Shown here one piece after another: positions 15,705-26,379 of a stretch of 26,379 bases of DNA (positions within the stretch are counted from its first letter, which is position 1; each line of letters opens with the position of its first letter). The stretch spans positions 1 to 26,379 of the forward strand of contig JAQGDQ010002467.1 of NCBI GenBank assembly GCA_030141605.1, in the 5' to 3' direction. The notes beneath the pieces are model-generated. The model saw only the letters and a program-made list of their open reading frames with translations, did no database searches and was not told the DNA's origin. Made by a program: the position numbers and the translations under genes. The stretch comes from Tubiluchus corallicola (lineage: Eukaryota; Animalia; Priapulida).

Positions 15705-17894
15705 TTATTTTTCAAACAATAACTCTCTATATTTAGGTAGAGGCCATATTTCGTTATCTACCATCAACTCTAACTTATCTATCTCATAACGAATTTCTTC
15801 CATAAAGGGTTTTACTTTATCTGCATATATTCTACCCTTCTTTTCAAAGTCATCCATATTATTCCCTTCTTTTCTAGCTTGTACCATTTCATAAGTTTTC
15901 TGCTCCACAGTGCTTATACGCCTTGCTATTTCTTTAATGATATCCAACTGTCGTCCTGCTACATTCTTAAATTCCTCATCGCTGAGTATTTCTTTCAACC
16001 TTTTTACGTTTTCTATCAGTCTACTTTGGTAACGATACACCGCTGGTATAATATGATTCTTTGCAAGATCATTTAATACCCTTGATTCTATTTGAAGATA
16101 ATTAATATACTTCTCTATGTTTATTTCATAGCGAGCTTTAAGCTCTCTTGCTGTAAATACATTATTTTCTTCAAACAGTTTTATTGATTTTTCATCTATG
16201 ATAGCCTTCATAGCTATTTGAGTATCTTTAATATTACTCAAACCTCTTCTCTCTGCTTCTTCTTCCCATTCTTTGCCGTAACCATTACCATCAAACCTAA
16301 TGTTTTTACACTTTTTAATATATTTTTTCAATACTTGCAGTATAGCCTCATCCTTTTTTATTCCTTTTTGGATGATGGCATCTACGTCCTTTTTAAAGGC
16401 TTTCAACTGTTCAGCCATTATAGTATTAAGAACTATCATTGGTACTGCACAGTTAGCAGACGAGCCCACTGCCCTAAACTCAAACCTATTGCCTGTAAAA
16501 GCAAATGGAGAGGTTCTGTTTCTGTCTGTATTGTCCAAAAGGATATTGGGTATTTTACCAATATCTAATTTTAATATTGCTTTTTCATCAGGTGTCATTT
16601 TTGTGTCAGGTACTCTATCTTCAATTTCTTGCAATACGCTGTTCAATTTTTTGCCCAAGAAAGCAGATATAATCGAAGGGGGTGCTTCGGAAGCTCCAAG
16701 GCGGAATTCATTCCCAATAGATACTATTGAAGCTCTAAGCAAATCTGTATTACGATATACAGCCATTAGAGTATTTATGAGGAATGTCAAAAACTGTATG
16801 TTTTTAGATGTTTTACCTTTCCCCGGAGACAACAAATTTACACCAGTATTAGTTGACATAGACCAGTTGTTGTGTTTACCACTACCATTTACATCTTTGT
16901 AAGGTTTCTCGTGAAACAGTACAGTGAAATTATGTCTTTCTGCTACATTCTTCATCACAGTCATAAGCAGCATATTATGGTCTACCGCTAAATTTGTCTC
17001 CTCAAATATTGGAGCACATTCATATTGATTAGGTGCCACCTCATTATGCCTTGTGGTGATGGGTATTCCCAGTTTGTGGCACTCTATCTCAAAATCTTTC
17101 ATATAAGCATTTACCCTTGTAGGAATAGCTCCAAAGTAATGATCGCTCAATTGTTGGTCTCTTGCCGAAGAGTGTCCCATCAATGTGCGTCCTGTTAGTT
17201 TGAGATCAGGGCGTGCATTATACAACGCAGTATCTACAAGAAAATACTCTTGTTCCCAACCCAAGTTACTTTGCACCTTATTTACATTTTTATCAAAGTA
17301 CTGACACACAGGTGTTGCAGCCTTATCCAAAGCAGATAAGGACTTTAATAGAGGTGTTTTATAATCCAACGACTCGCCTGTATAAGATATGAAAATAGTA
17401 GGGATACAAAGCGTTTTATCAAGAATGAAGGCAGGTGAAGAAGGATCCCATACGGTATAACCTCTTGCTTCAAAAGTATTTCTTATTCCTCCACTGGGCA
17501 AACTTGAAGCATCAGGTTCTTGTTGAACCAAGTTTTTACCTTCAAAAAGCTCTACCACTTTACCTTCCGAAAAGTTGAAAAAAGCATCGTGCTTTTCAGC
17601 AGTAGAACCTGTAAGAGGATGAAACCAATGTGTATAATGCGTTACTCCTCGCGTAATAGCCCATGCCTTTATCCCTGATGAAATTTGATCAGCCATATTT
17701 CTATCTATCGCAGCACTTTTGTTTATAGCATCTCTTACATAACCATAAGCCTCCTTCGAAAGGTATTCTCGCATCTTATCATCGTCAAAAACATTAATCC
17801 CATAATATTCCGAAACTTTTCCCGCAGGATAAGCGACACCTTCTTTTTTTCTTTTTAGCACGGTTTCAAGTGCTTTAAACCTCAATACAGACAT
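15705..17894 (-). CDS. glnN: Glutamine synthetase type III
   Basis: 729 aa; THYTHWFHPLTG, AEKHDAF, QEPDASS, GWEQEYF, HNEVAPNQYE, HEKP...NGSGKHNNWS and DRNRTSPFAFTGNRFEFRAVGS motifs. Confidence 0.96.
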   Translation of the reverse strand: MSVLRFKALETVLKRKKEGVAYPAGKVSEYYGINVFDDDKMREYLSKEAYGYVRDAINKSAAIDRNMADQISSGIKAWAITRGVTHYTHWFHPLTGSTAEKHDAFFNFSEGKVVELFEGKNLVQQEPDASSLPSGGIRNTFEARGYTVWDPSSPAFILDKTLCIPTIFISYTGESLDYKTPLLKSLSALDKAATPVCQYFDKNVNKVQSNLGWEQEYFLVDTALYNARPDLKLTGRTLMGHSSARDQQLSDHYFGAIPTRVNAYMKDFEIECHKLGIPITTRHNEVAPNQYECAPIFEETNLAVDHNMLLMTVMKNVAERHNFTVLFHEKPYKDVNGSGKHNNWSMSTNTGVNLLSPGKGKTSKNIQFLTFLINTLMAVYRNTDLLRASIVSIGNEFRLGASEAPPSIISAFLGKKLNSVLQEIEDRVPDTKMTPDEKAILKLDIGKIPNILLDNTDRNRTSPFAFTGNRFEFRAVGSSANCAVPMIVLNTIMAEQLKAFKKDVDAIIQKGIKKDEAILQVLKKYIKKCKNIRFDGNGYGKEWEEEAERRGLSNIKDTQIAMKAIIDEKSIKLFEENNVFTARELKARYEINIEKYINYLQIESRVLNDLAKNHIIPAVYRYQSRLIENVKRLKEILSDEEFKNVAGRQLDIIKEIARRISTVEQKTYEMVQARKEGNNMDDFEKKGRIYADKVKPFMEEIRYEIDKLELMVDNEIWPLPKYRELLFEK

Positions 17895-17983
17895 ATCTTA
17901 ATATTTTTTTAATTAAACAATTTTTTCAGGGGGCTTTTCAAAAAAGAGTGCCATTTTATCAACACAAGCCCCCAAAATTTGAT

Positions 17984-18015
17984 GCAAGTTATAATAAAAT
18001 ATTGTTTTTAGCAAA
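17984..18015 (-). promoter_or_regulatory. Probable glnN promoter
   Basis: Minus strand: TTTG (18015-18012), 20-nt spacer, TAacTTGC (17991-17984), a variant of the -7 box. Confidence 0.5.
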
Positions 18016-18321
18016 TTTCTTCATAAAATACTATTTAATATAGAAGAACAATGCTTTTATTTTCACTCCTTAGTTACAATCATTATAATTTCAAGCGTAA
18101 TAGAAAAATTAGCTTAAAAATTGATGCAATTTTTTAATTCATTTAAAGACTTTGTAAAAATAAAAATAACATAGTAGCAAAGCCCTTAGTATCTGATGGA
18201 AGATATTATGAATATGGACTATGAAAATAACAAGCCAGACTTTTTGAGTGTGAGAAATAATTTACTCTTAATCTTTTGCCAAAAATAGTATTAATTTTGG
18301 AGCAAATACTAATTACTATTT

Positions 18322-19014
18322 ATGGCACTTATTTTAAATATAGAAACCTCTTCTGTCCTCTGTTCTGTGTCTTTTTCTAAGAATGGCGAACTATTAGATT
18401 GTAGGGAAACAGTAGATAACAACCAACACGCCTCGCTACTAACAGTTTTTATTCAGGAAATGCTAATCAAAAATAAACTACAACTGAAACAATTGGATGC
18501 CATAGCTATAAGTAAAGGACCAGGATCTTATACAGGTTTGCGGATAGGCACTTCTGTAGCAAAAGGCTTGTGTTATACTTTGAATATTCCTCTTATAGCT
18601 ATCAATACTTTAGAAATAATAGCTCATATAGGACAAAAAAATTGTGGTAAAATAGAGAAAGATACTCTTTTCTGCCCTATGATAGATGCAAGGCGGATGG
18701 ATGTGTATTATAAAATTTTTGATCATAAGTTAAAATCTTTAACAAATACTGCTTTCGGTAGTGTAGATGAAAAATTTTTAGCTCAATTTTTAGAAGCACA
18801 CCAAATAGCATTTTTTGGCAATGGTGTTGAAAAGTACAAAACAGTAGCAAAACATTCTAATGCTTTATTTCCCCCTCCCACCCCAATATCTGCCAAACAT
18901 ATTGTCTCATTGTCTCATAAAATATATCAAAAAAAGAAATTTGAGAACATTGTCTATTTTCAACCATTTTATTTGCGAAATTTTATTCCTACTACACCTA
19001 AAAAAACTTTGTGA
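18322..19014 (+). CDS. tsaB: tRNA threonylcarbamoyladenosine biosynthesis protein TsaB
   Basis: ILNIETS, HASLL, AIAISKGPGSYTGLRIG, PMIDARRMDVY and F.PFYL motifs; TAatTTTG at 18292-18299 upstream. Confidence 0.94.
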   Translation: MALILNIETSSVLCSVSFSKNGELLDCRETVDNNQHASLLTVFIQEMLIKNKLQLKQLDAIAISKGPGSYTGLRIGTSVAKGLCYTLNIPLIAINTLEIIAHIGQKNCGKIEKDTLFCPMIDARRMDVYYKIFDHKLKSLTNTAFGSVDEKFLAQFLEAHQIAFFGNGVEKYKTVAKHSNALFPPPTPISAKHIVSLSHKIYQKKKFENIVYFQPFYLRNFIPTTPKKTL

Positions 19015-19037
19015 ATTTCTCTTGTATTTCACTAGCA

Positions 19038-19069
19038 ATTGAAAAGTAACAAAATTTTTATTAAATTTG
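19038..19069 (+). promoter_or_regulatory. Promoter of the GT5-like/DUF4270/glmS operon
   Basis: ATTG 19038-19041, 20-nt spacer, TAaaTTTG 19062-19069; supports a start at ATG 19097. Confidence 0.6.
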
Positions 19070-19096
19070 TACTTTAATTTTATAACATTCACTTCT

Positions 19097-19933
19097 ATGG
19101 GAAAACCAAGAATTTTATATATTTCACAAGAAATTGCACCATTCGTTTCCGAAAATAAACTTTCACTAAGAACACGCCATTTACCACAAAAAATACAAGA
19201 GAAAGGCTATGAAATAAGGACTTTTATGCCCAATTATGGTTATATAAACGAAAGACGCCATCAACTACACGAGGTCATTAGGTTATCAGGTATTAATATA
19301 ATTATAAATGATATAGATCATTCTTTGATAATAAAAGTAGCCTCCATACAAATGGCAAGAATGCAGGTTTATTTTATAGATAATGACACCTATTTTGACA
19401 GAAAAGCAATGTTCTTAAATAAAAGCAACAAACCATTTGAAGACAATGACGAACGATTTATATTCTTTTGTAAAGGAGTAATGGAAACTGTAAGAAAGTT
19501 GAGATGGATACCTGATATTATTCACTGTTCTGGGTGGTTTAGCTCCCTTATTCCTTTGTACTTAAAAACGAAATACAAAAATGACCCCGTTTTTGACAAA
19601 ACAAAGGTTATTTATTCTATTTACAAAAATGAAATAGAAAATCCCATTCCTAACACACTTGCAGAAAAACTAAAAATAGAAAACGAGATAACAAAAGAAG
19701 ACATAGATATTTTAAAAAATCCTACTATTAATAATCTACACAAACTTGCTGTACAATCTGCTGATGGGATAATATTGAGTGACGAAAAAATTGACCCCGA
19801 AATAGAACAGTTTGTCAATGAGAAGGATATACCTCTTTTGCCTTATCAAGATGAAGAGAATTATGTTAAGGAGTATTCTAAATTCTATAACCAATTGTTG
19901 GTAGCAGAAGAAAGTCTTTCTTTAAGTAAATAA
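19097..19933 (+). CDS. Glycogen/starch synthase N-terminal-domain protein (Glyco_transf_5 only)
   Basis: RILYISQEI.PF, EIRTFMP.YG.INERRHQLHEVIRLSG, QVYFIDN..YF.R, DNDER.IFF and W.PDIIHC.GW motifs; about 278 aa with no C-terminal GT-B lobe. Confidence 0.85.
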   Translation: MGKPRILYISQEIAPFVSENKLSLRTRHLPQKIQEKGYEIRTFMPNYGYINERRHQLHEVIRLSGINIIINDIDHSLIIKVASIQMARMQVYFIDNDTYFDRKAMFLNKSNKPFEDNDERFIFFCKGVMETVRKLRWIPDIIHCSGWFSSLIPLYLKTKYKNDPVFDKTKVIYSIYKNEIENPIPNTLAEKLKIENEITKEDIDILKNPTINNLHKLAVQSADGIILSDEKIDPEIEQFVNEKDIPLLPYQDEENYVKEYSKFYNQLLVAEESLSLSK

Positions 19934-19966
19934 TTTTTCTTTTTTTAACTTTTTTAACTTTCAATT

Positions 19967-21286
19967 ATGCCACAAAAAACAAATACACAGTTCTTGTTGT
20001 TATTCGTTTTGGTATCTATAATAGTTGTAACTAGTTGTCGAAATGATTTTCTAAAATTGGGTTCAGAACTATTCGATAGAGAAAAAATAGAAACATTTAG
20101 AGATAGCTCTTCTGTCGTAGAAACTTATACTGTGAGTATAGATAGCATAAGAACAGATAATTTTTCTCGGTATGTTTTAGGAAAAAACGATGATCCCGCT
20201 TTTGGAGCAACAAAGGCAGAAATTGTTTCTCAATATTTTTTCGCTTCTAACTTATTCTTATCTCCAGACATGCAAGAAGTAGATTCTATTATTTTAGTTT
20301 TAGATTATCCTGCCAACGCTTTTTACGATACAATAACTCCCAAAGGAAACTTTTATATTAAAGTGCATGAAATCATAAAAGACATAGATACAAGTATAAC
20401 CTACCATTCTGAGATACTTGACTTTCCAACCTACTATGATCCTAACAGCGTATTAGCCAAAGAAACATTTGAATTAGACTCTATAAGCTTGACCAACGAA
20501 GGAGTATTTGGTTTAAAAATAACGGACAAAGATTTTATTCAAAGATTTGATACACATTTAAGGGATACTGGTCTTATTAATAATATACCTAAATTTCTTG
20601 AAAACTTTAAAGGGCTATACATTACCTCAGAATCTAACTCCTCCACAATGGTAGACATAAATCATCAAACCTCTGGGTTTATTATATATTGGCATCAAGA
20701 AGAAGAAAATGACGAGGGAGAACAAGAAACAAAAAATTATATATACGACTTACCTCTTAGTTTTAAAACTATTAATTTGATAGACCATGACTATACAGGG
20801 TCAGACGTAGAATCTCACATAAATGAAACAACTCCAGAAGAATCTACCTATATACAAGGTTTGGCAAGCACGGGAATTAAACTTGATATTTCTGGTTTCT
20901 CTAGCTGGAAAGACTCAGTACAAAATGATACCATAGTACTAGCATCAGCCATTCTCACAATGACGGTAGACACTGCTACTTATGATGTGTTAAAATATCC
21001 CCCTTTGTCAGATCTTGCAGTTTATTACAATACGAGTGAAAATGATATAGAACGTGTCGAGGATGTAGAAGACTCGCCGCTATACAAAGGGTACTACAAC
21101 TCATCTACCAATGAATATCTTTTTAACATAACTAGCCATCTTCAAAGTATCATAGACAAATCCGTAAAACCTATCAATGACTACTTATATATACTACCAC
21201 GCTATTCCTATCATTCAAAGAGGACTATTATCAAAAACGATGAGAAGAATAAAATAAAATTAGAAATATCATACATTAAAGATTAA
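19967..21286 (+). CDS. DUF4270 family lipoprotein
   Basis: Lipobox VTS-C; LG...DP.FG.T.A...Q, VDSIIL.L.Y, F...FKGLYI, YIQG..S and Y.FNITSHLQ motifs; lies between the GT5-like gene and glmS. Confidence 0.75.
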   Translation: MPQKTNTQFLLLFVLVSIIVVTSCRNDFLKLGSELFDREKIETFRDSSSVVETYTVSIDSIRTDNFSRYVLGKNDDPAFGATKAEIVSQYFFASNLFLSPDMQEVDSIILVLDYPANAFYDTITPKGNFYIKVHEIIKDIDTSITYHSEILDFPTYYDPNSVLAKETFELDSISLTNEGVFGLKITDKDFIQRFDTHLRDTGLINNIPKFLENFKGLYITSESNSSTMVDINHQTSGFIIYWHQEEENDEGEQETKNYIYDLPLSFKTINLIDHDYTGSDVESHINETTPEESTYIQGLASTGIKLDISGFSSWKDSVQNDTIVLASAILTMTVDTATYDVLKYPPLSDLAVYYNTSENDIERVEDVEDSPLYKGYYNSSTNEYLFNITSHLQSIIDKSVKPINDYLYILPRYSYHSKRTIIKNDEKNKIKLEISYIKD

Positions 21287-21303
21287 AAAAAAATCAATAA
21301 ATT

Positions 21304-23139
21304 ATGTGCGGAATAGTTGGGTACATAGGCAACAAGCAAGCCTACCCTATTTTAATAAACGGACTAAAAAAACTTGAATATAGAGGCTATGACTCAGCTG
21401 GGGTAGCCCTCTTAAATGACTCTATCAACATCTACAAATGTAAAGGAAAAGTACTCGATCTAGAAAATCAGACAGCTGATAAAAACACACACAGCAATAT
21501 AGGCATAGCTCACACCCGATGGGCAACACATGGCGAACCTAACGACACCAACGCACACCCGCACACTTCTAACAACGCACATTTCACACTCATACATAAT
21601 GGCATCATTGAAAACTACGCTATACTAAAACAACAACTACAAAAATACAATTATACCTTCCACAGCACAACCGATACAGAAGTACTCGTCAACCTGATAG
21701 AACACATCTATTTATCCCAAAATACTGATGCTGAAACTTCAGTTAGACTAGCTCTTTCAAAAGTTATTGGAGCATATGGACTGGTAATTATCTGCCACAA
21801 AGAGAAAAACAAACTTATTGCCGCTCGAAAAAGCAGCCCACTTGTAATAGGAGTAGGAAAAAACGAATACTATATCGCCTCTGATGCTACACCTATTATA
21901 GAATACACTGACAAGGTAATTTATATAGATGATAACCAAATAGCCAACATACAAAAAGATCAGTTTATCCTTAAAAATATAGATAACTCCACAGTTGAAC
22001 CAAACATACAAAAAATTGACTTAGATATAAATGAAGTATCCAAGAAAGGCTATGCTCACTATATGCTTAAAGAGATTTTCGAACAACCCATTACAATACA
22101 AAATACACTTAGCGGACGGATACAAAGCAACCCCCTTAACATACACCTTGGAGGTATTTTAGAAATAATCCCTCAAATAGAAAATGCTCAAAGGATAATT
22201 ATCATCGCCTGTGGAACATCTTGGCACGCAGGCTTAGTAGGAGAATACCTACTAGAAGAATATACCCGCATACCCGTAGAAGTAGAATATGCTTCGGAAT
22301 TTAGATACCGAAGCCCTATTATTAATAAAAATGACATTGTAATAGCCATCAGCCAAAGTGGAGAAACAGCCGACACATTGGCAGCCATTCAACTCGCAAA
22401 AAAAGCAAACGCAACCATTATTGGAATATGCAACGTTGCAGGCTCATCCATAGCACGAGAAACCCACGCTGGTATTTACACTCACGCAGGAGTAGAAATA
22501 GGAGTAGCTTCTACCAAAGCTTTTACCTCGCAAGTTACAGTACTACTAATGTTAGCCTTACTGGTCGCTAAAAACAAACAAAGCATACAAGAAAAAGAGT
22601 TAAAAGATATAATTAACCAACTGCAACAACTACCCATCTTTATAGAAAAAACCTTACAACTCAACGACAAAATAGAAGAGATAGCCAAACTTTATAAAGA
22701 TTCCAACAATGCAATATATCTTGGAAGAGGCTATTTATTTCCAGTAGCCTTAGAAGGAGCCCTAAAACTGAAAGAAATATCCTACATACACGCCGAAGGC
22801 TATCCCGCAGCAGAAATGAAACACGGCCCTATAGCTCTTATCGATGAGCATATGCCCGTTATCGTTGTAGCACCACACGATGAACATTACGAAAAAATTA
22901 TCAGCAATATCCAAGAAGTAAAAGCCAGAAAAGGCAAAATAATAGCCATAGTAACAGAAGGAGACGAGACCATTAGCAAAATAGCCGACCATACACTGCA
23001 AATACCCAATACACACCATACCCTTACTCCACTTACCTTTACCATACCCTTACAATTACTATCATACCATATAGCACTAATGAGAGGCTGTAACGTAGAT
23101 CAACCCCGCAACCTTGCCAAGTCTGTAACAGTAGAATAA
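21304..23139 (+). CDS. glmS: Glutamine--fructose-6-phosphate aminotransferase (isomerizing)
   Basis: MCGIVGY, LEYRGYDSAG, GIAHTRWATHG, HNGIIENY, SQSGETADT, ASTKAF, EGALKLKE, EMKHGP and terminal PRNLAKSVTVE. Confidence 0.98.
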   Translation: MCGIVGYIGNKQAYPILINGLKKLEYRGYDSAGVALLNDSINIYKCKGKVLDLENQTADKNTHSNIGIAHTRWATHGEPNDTNAHPHTSNNAHFTLIHNGIIENYAILKQQLQKYNYTFHSTTDTEVLVNLIEHIYLSQNTDAETSVRLALSKVIGAYGLVIICHKEKNKLIAARKSSPLVIGVGKNEYYIASDATPIIEYTDKVIYIDDNQIANIQKDQFILKNIDNSTVEPNIQKIDLDINEVSKKGYAHYMLKEIFEQPITIQNTLSGRIQSNPLNIHLGGILEIIPQIENAQRIIIIACGTSWHAGLVGEYLLEEYTRIPVEVEYASEFRYRSPIINKNDIVIAISQSGETADTLAAIQLAKKANATIIGICNVAGSSIARETHAGIYTHAGVEIGVASTKAFTSQVTVLLMLALLVAKNKQSIQEKELKDIINQLQQLPIFIEKTLQLNDKIEEIAKLYKDSNNAIYLGRGYLFPVALEGALKLKEISYIHAEGYPAAEMKHGPIALIDEHMPVIVVAPHDEHYEKIISNIQEVKARKGKIIAIVTEGDETISKIADHTLQIPNTHHTLTPLTFTIPLQLLSYHIALMRGCNVDQPRNLAKSVTVE

Positions 23140-23358
23140 TAGCTCAATACACTGCTCTAACCAAAATTTTAGCTAGCTGTATGCAATTTAGCTATAAACC
23201 CTATTAAACAAATGCGAAGAGAAGCATTAAATAAATTTTATATACTATTCGCAAGTAAAAATTTTATAACCCTAAAACCTCAACTTACTAGTTTATTTCT
23301 TACAACCTACAAAGACAAATTATAGTCCACCTTTCATATAACTACTATTAAATACCAT

Positions 23359-25143
<1,785 letters not shown>

Positions 25144-25173
25144 TACATACAAACAATACTAAAATATATTTCG

Positions 25174-25181
25174 TAACTTTG
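25174..25181 (+). promoter_or_regulatory. -7 promoter element for cysH
   Basis: TAacTTTG, 25 nt upstream of the ATG. Confidence 0.55.
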
Positions 25182-25206
25182 TAATATATTTTAACTATTC
25201 TACCAA

Positions 25207-25869
25207 ATGAACGAAATTAAGGAAATAGAAACCCAAATAAAGAAATATCAAGAAAAAGGAAAAAAAATATTTTCTTCCTCTTCTTTTCAAACCCATAGCA
25301 TCGTTTTACTACATATACTTAGTAAAATAGATAATACTATACCTATATATTTCTCCAATACAGGCTACCTATTCCCCGAAACCATAGAATACAAAGAGAA
25401 AATAACAAAGTTATTCAACCTCAATGTAAAAGAGCTTACCTCACCCGTTCCCAACTCTCAACAAAAGGATGCCAACGGAGTACCGTTCTACAATTCCGAC
25501 CCTGACCACTGTTGCCATATCAACAAAGTGCAACCTTTAAATGAAATACTGAAAAAATACGACGTGTGGATAAATGGTATAAGAGCCGACCAAAGTGCTG
25601 TGCGAAAAGAAATGAACATAGAAGAACAAGCCCCACACAATACCTTACGATATCACCCTATGCTTAATTGGACAAAACAAAAAATATTTCGCTATATAGC
25701 CAAACATAAACTACCAGAACATCCATTAAACAAAAAAGGATATATGAGCATAGGCTGCGAGCCTTGTACCCAAAAAATACTAATAGGAGAAGACGAAAGA
25801 AGCGGAAGATGGGCTGGAACAAATAAAACAGAATGCGGAATAAACACAGAACTTATAGTAAAAAAATAG
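25207..25869 (+). CDS. cysH: Phosphoadenylyl/adenylyl-sulfate reductase of the Fe-S-binding (APS reductase-like) type
   Basis: SSSF, NTGYLFPET, CC..NKV.P, WINGIRADQ, GY.SIGCEPCT, ERSGRW.G and ECG motifs. Confidence 0.9.
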   Translation: MNEIKEIETQIKKYQEKGKKIFSSSSFQTHSIVLLHILSKIDNTIPIYFSNTGYLFPETIEYKEKITKLFNLNVKELTSPVPNSQQKDANGVPFYNSDPDHCCHINKVQPLNEILKKYDVWINGIRADQSAVRKEMNIEEQAPHNTLRYHPMLNWTKQKIFRYIAKHKLPEHPLNKKGYMSIGCEPCTQKILIGEDERSGRWAGTNKTECGINTELIVKK

Positions 25870-25945
25870 GCAATAACATACCCTTTTAACCCTTTCTTTA
25901 TCTCTTAACCCGCAACTTAAAAATAAGAATAAGAAAATATTCTCT

Positions 25946-26379
25946 CTACAACAACTTAAACTTATCAGCATCCTTATATGCAGGAAACCTTTCTTTAAAC
26001 CTTTGCAAAGGCTTATAAAACAAATCCACAGTTTCTACACGCTCCAAATCTCCTAAATGTTCCATCACCCCTCCCATATAATCTGCAATCATAGAACTCC
26101 CCGTGTAATTTAGTCCCATACCACCTTTACCTATTCTATTCACCCCTACAACATAAGCCTGATTTTCTATGGCACGAGCTTGCAATAATGTTTCCCACGC
26201 CATTCGCCTTACCGATGGCCAATTTGCAATACATATTAGTAAATCATAATCATTTTGACTTCTGCACCACACAGGAAACCTTATATCATAACAGACAACA
26301 AGACGTATCTTCCATCCATTAACATCTACTATAACTCTTCTATCTCCTTCTGTGAAATACTTGTCCTCTGCTCCCATAC
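25946..26379 (-). CDS. Nitrilase-family (carbon-nitrogen hydrolase) amidase, omega-amidase/YafV-like; 5'-truncated by the window edge
   Basis: VCYDIRFPVW (catalytic Cys), ANWP..R..AW..LL.ARAIENQ.YV.GVNRIG and Y.G.S motifs. The frame runs off the window end, so the Met at 26377 is probably internal. Confidence 0.88.
   Translation of the reverse strand, partial: MGAEDKYFTEGDRRVIVDVNGWKIRLVVCYDIRFPVWCRSQNDYDLLICIANWPSVRRMAWETLLQARAIENQAYVVGVNRIGKGGMGLNYTGSSMIADYMGGVMEHLGDLERVETVDLFYKPLQRFKERFPAYKDADKFKLL

Noticed and set aside
16300-16902. 200-aa + strand ORF (and other 60-130 aa antisense or alternate-frame ORFs in the track, e.g. 11657-12058, 16218-16568, 24864-25148)
   Set aside because: Shadow ORFs opposite or inside well-supported genes, with no motifs of their own.
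18196-18288. 30-aa ORF MEDIMNMDYENNKPDFLSVRNNLLLIFCQK upstream of tsaB
   Set aside because: No homology cue, and it runs into the tsaB promoter region; cannot be supported without Ribo-seq.
21121-21148. dif-like half site TTTTAACATAA
   Set aside because: It lies inside the DUF4270 coding motif FNIT, and the second arm lacks the TTAT core.
21287-21303. glmS ribozyme
   Set aside because: Only 17 nt lie between DUF4270 and glmS, and no ribozyme core sequence is seen.

Overview
AT-rich chromosomal window from a member of Bacteroidota. The assignment rests on a SusC/SusD pair, type III glutamine synthetase, DUF4270/DUF1460-type genes and several TTTG-N20/21-TAnnTTTG promoters. Left to right it holds the 3' part of a fused E1 alpha/beta 2-oxoacid dehydrogenase, flavodoxin, a small TM2-like membrane protein, an unannotated decayed lipoprotein pseudogene (DUF4932-like), argB and a two-module LRR surface lipoprotein built on 63-bp repeats. 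Next come a compact PUL (CBM9-like, SusC, SusD, GHL10-type hydrolase), a DUF1460 amidase, a coiled-coil/TM/SPOR-like protein, lpxH, glnN and tsaB. The right end has a GT5-half-protein/DUF4270/glmS operon, thiC, cysH and the 3' part of a nitrilase-family amidase. I found no RNA genes, transposases, CRISPR arrays or reverse transcriptase. The best candidates for new biology are (1) the LRR lipoprotein, whose near-invariant scaffold alternates with hypervariable surface codons; (2) a possible peptidoglycan/amino-sugar foraging PUL beside an amidase and a SPOR-like protein; (3) a riboswitch-less thiC with a palindromic operator-like site; (4) a structured glnN leader; and (5) a G/C strand-skew reversal across the window. 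All family calls come from motif recognition by eye, not database searches.
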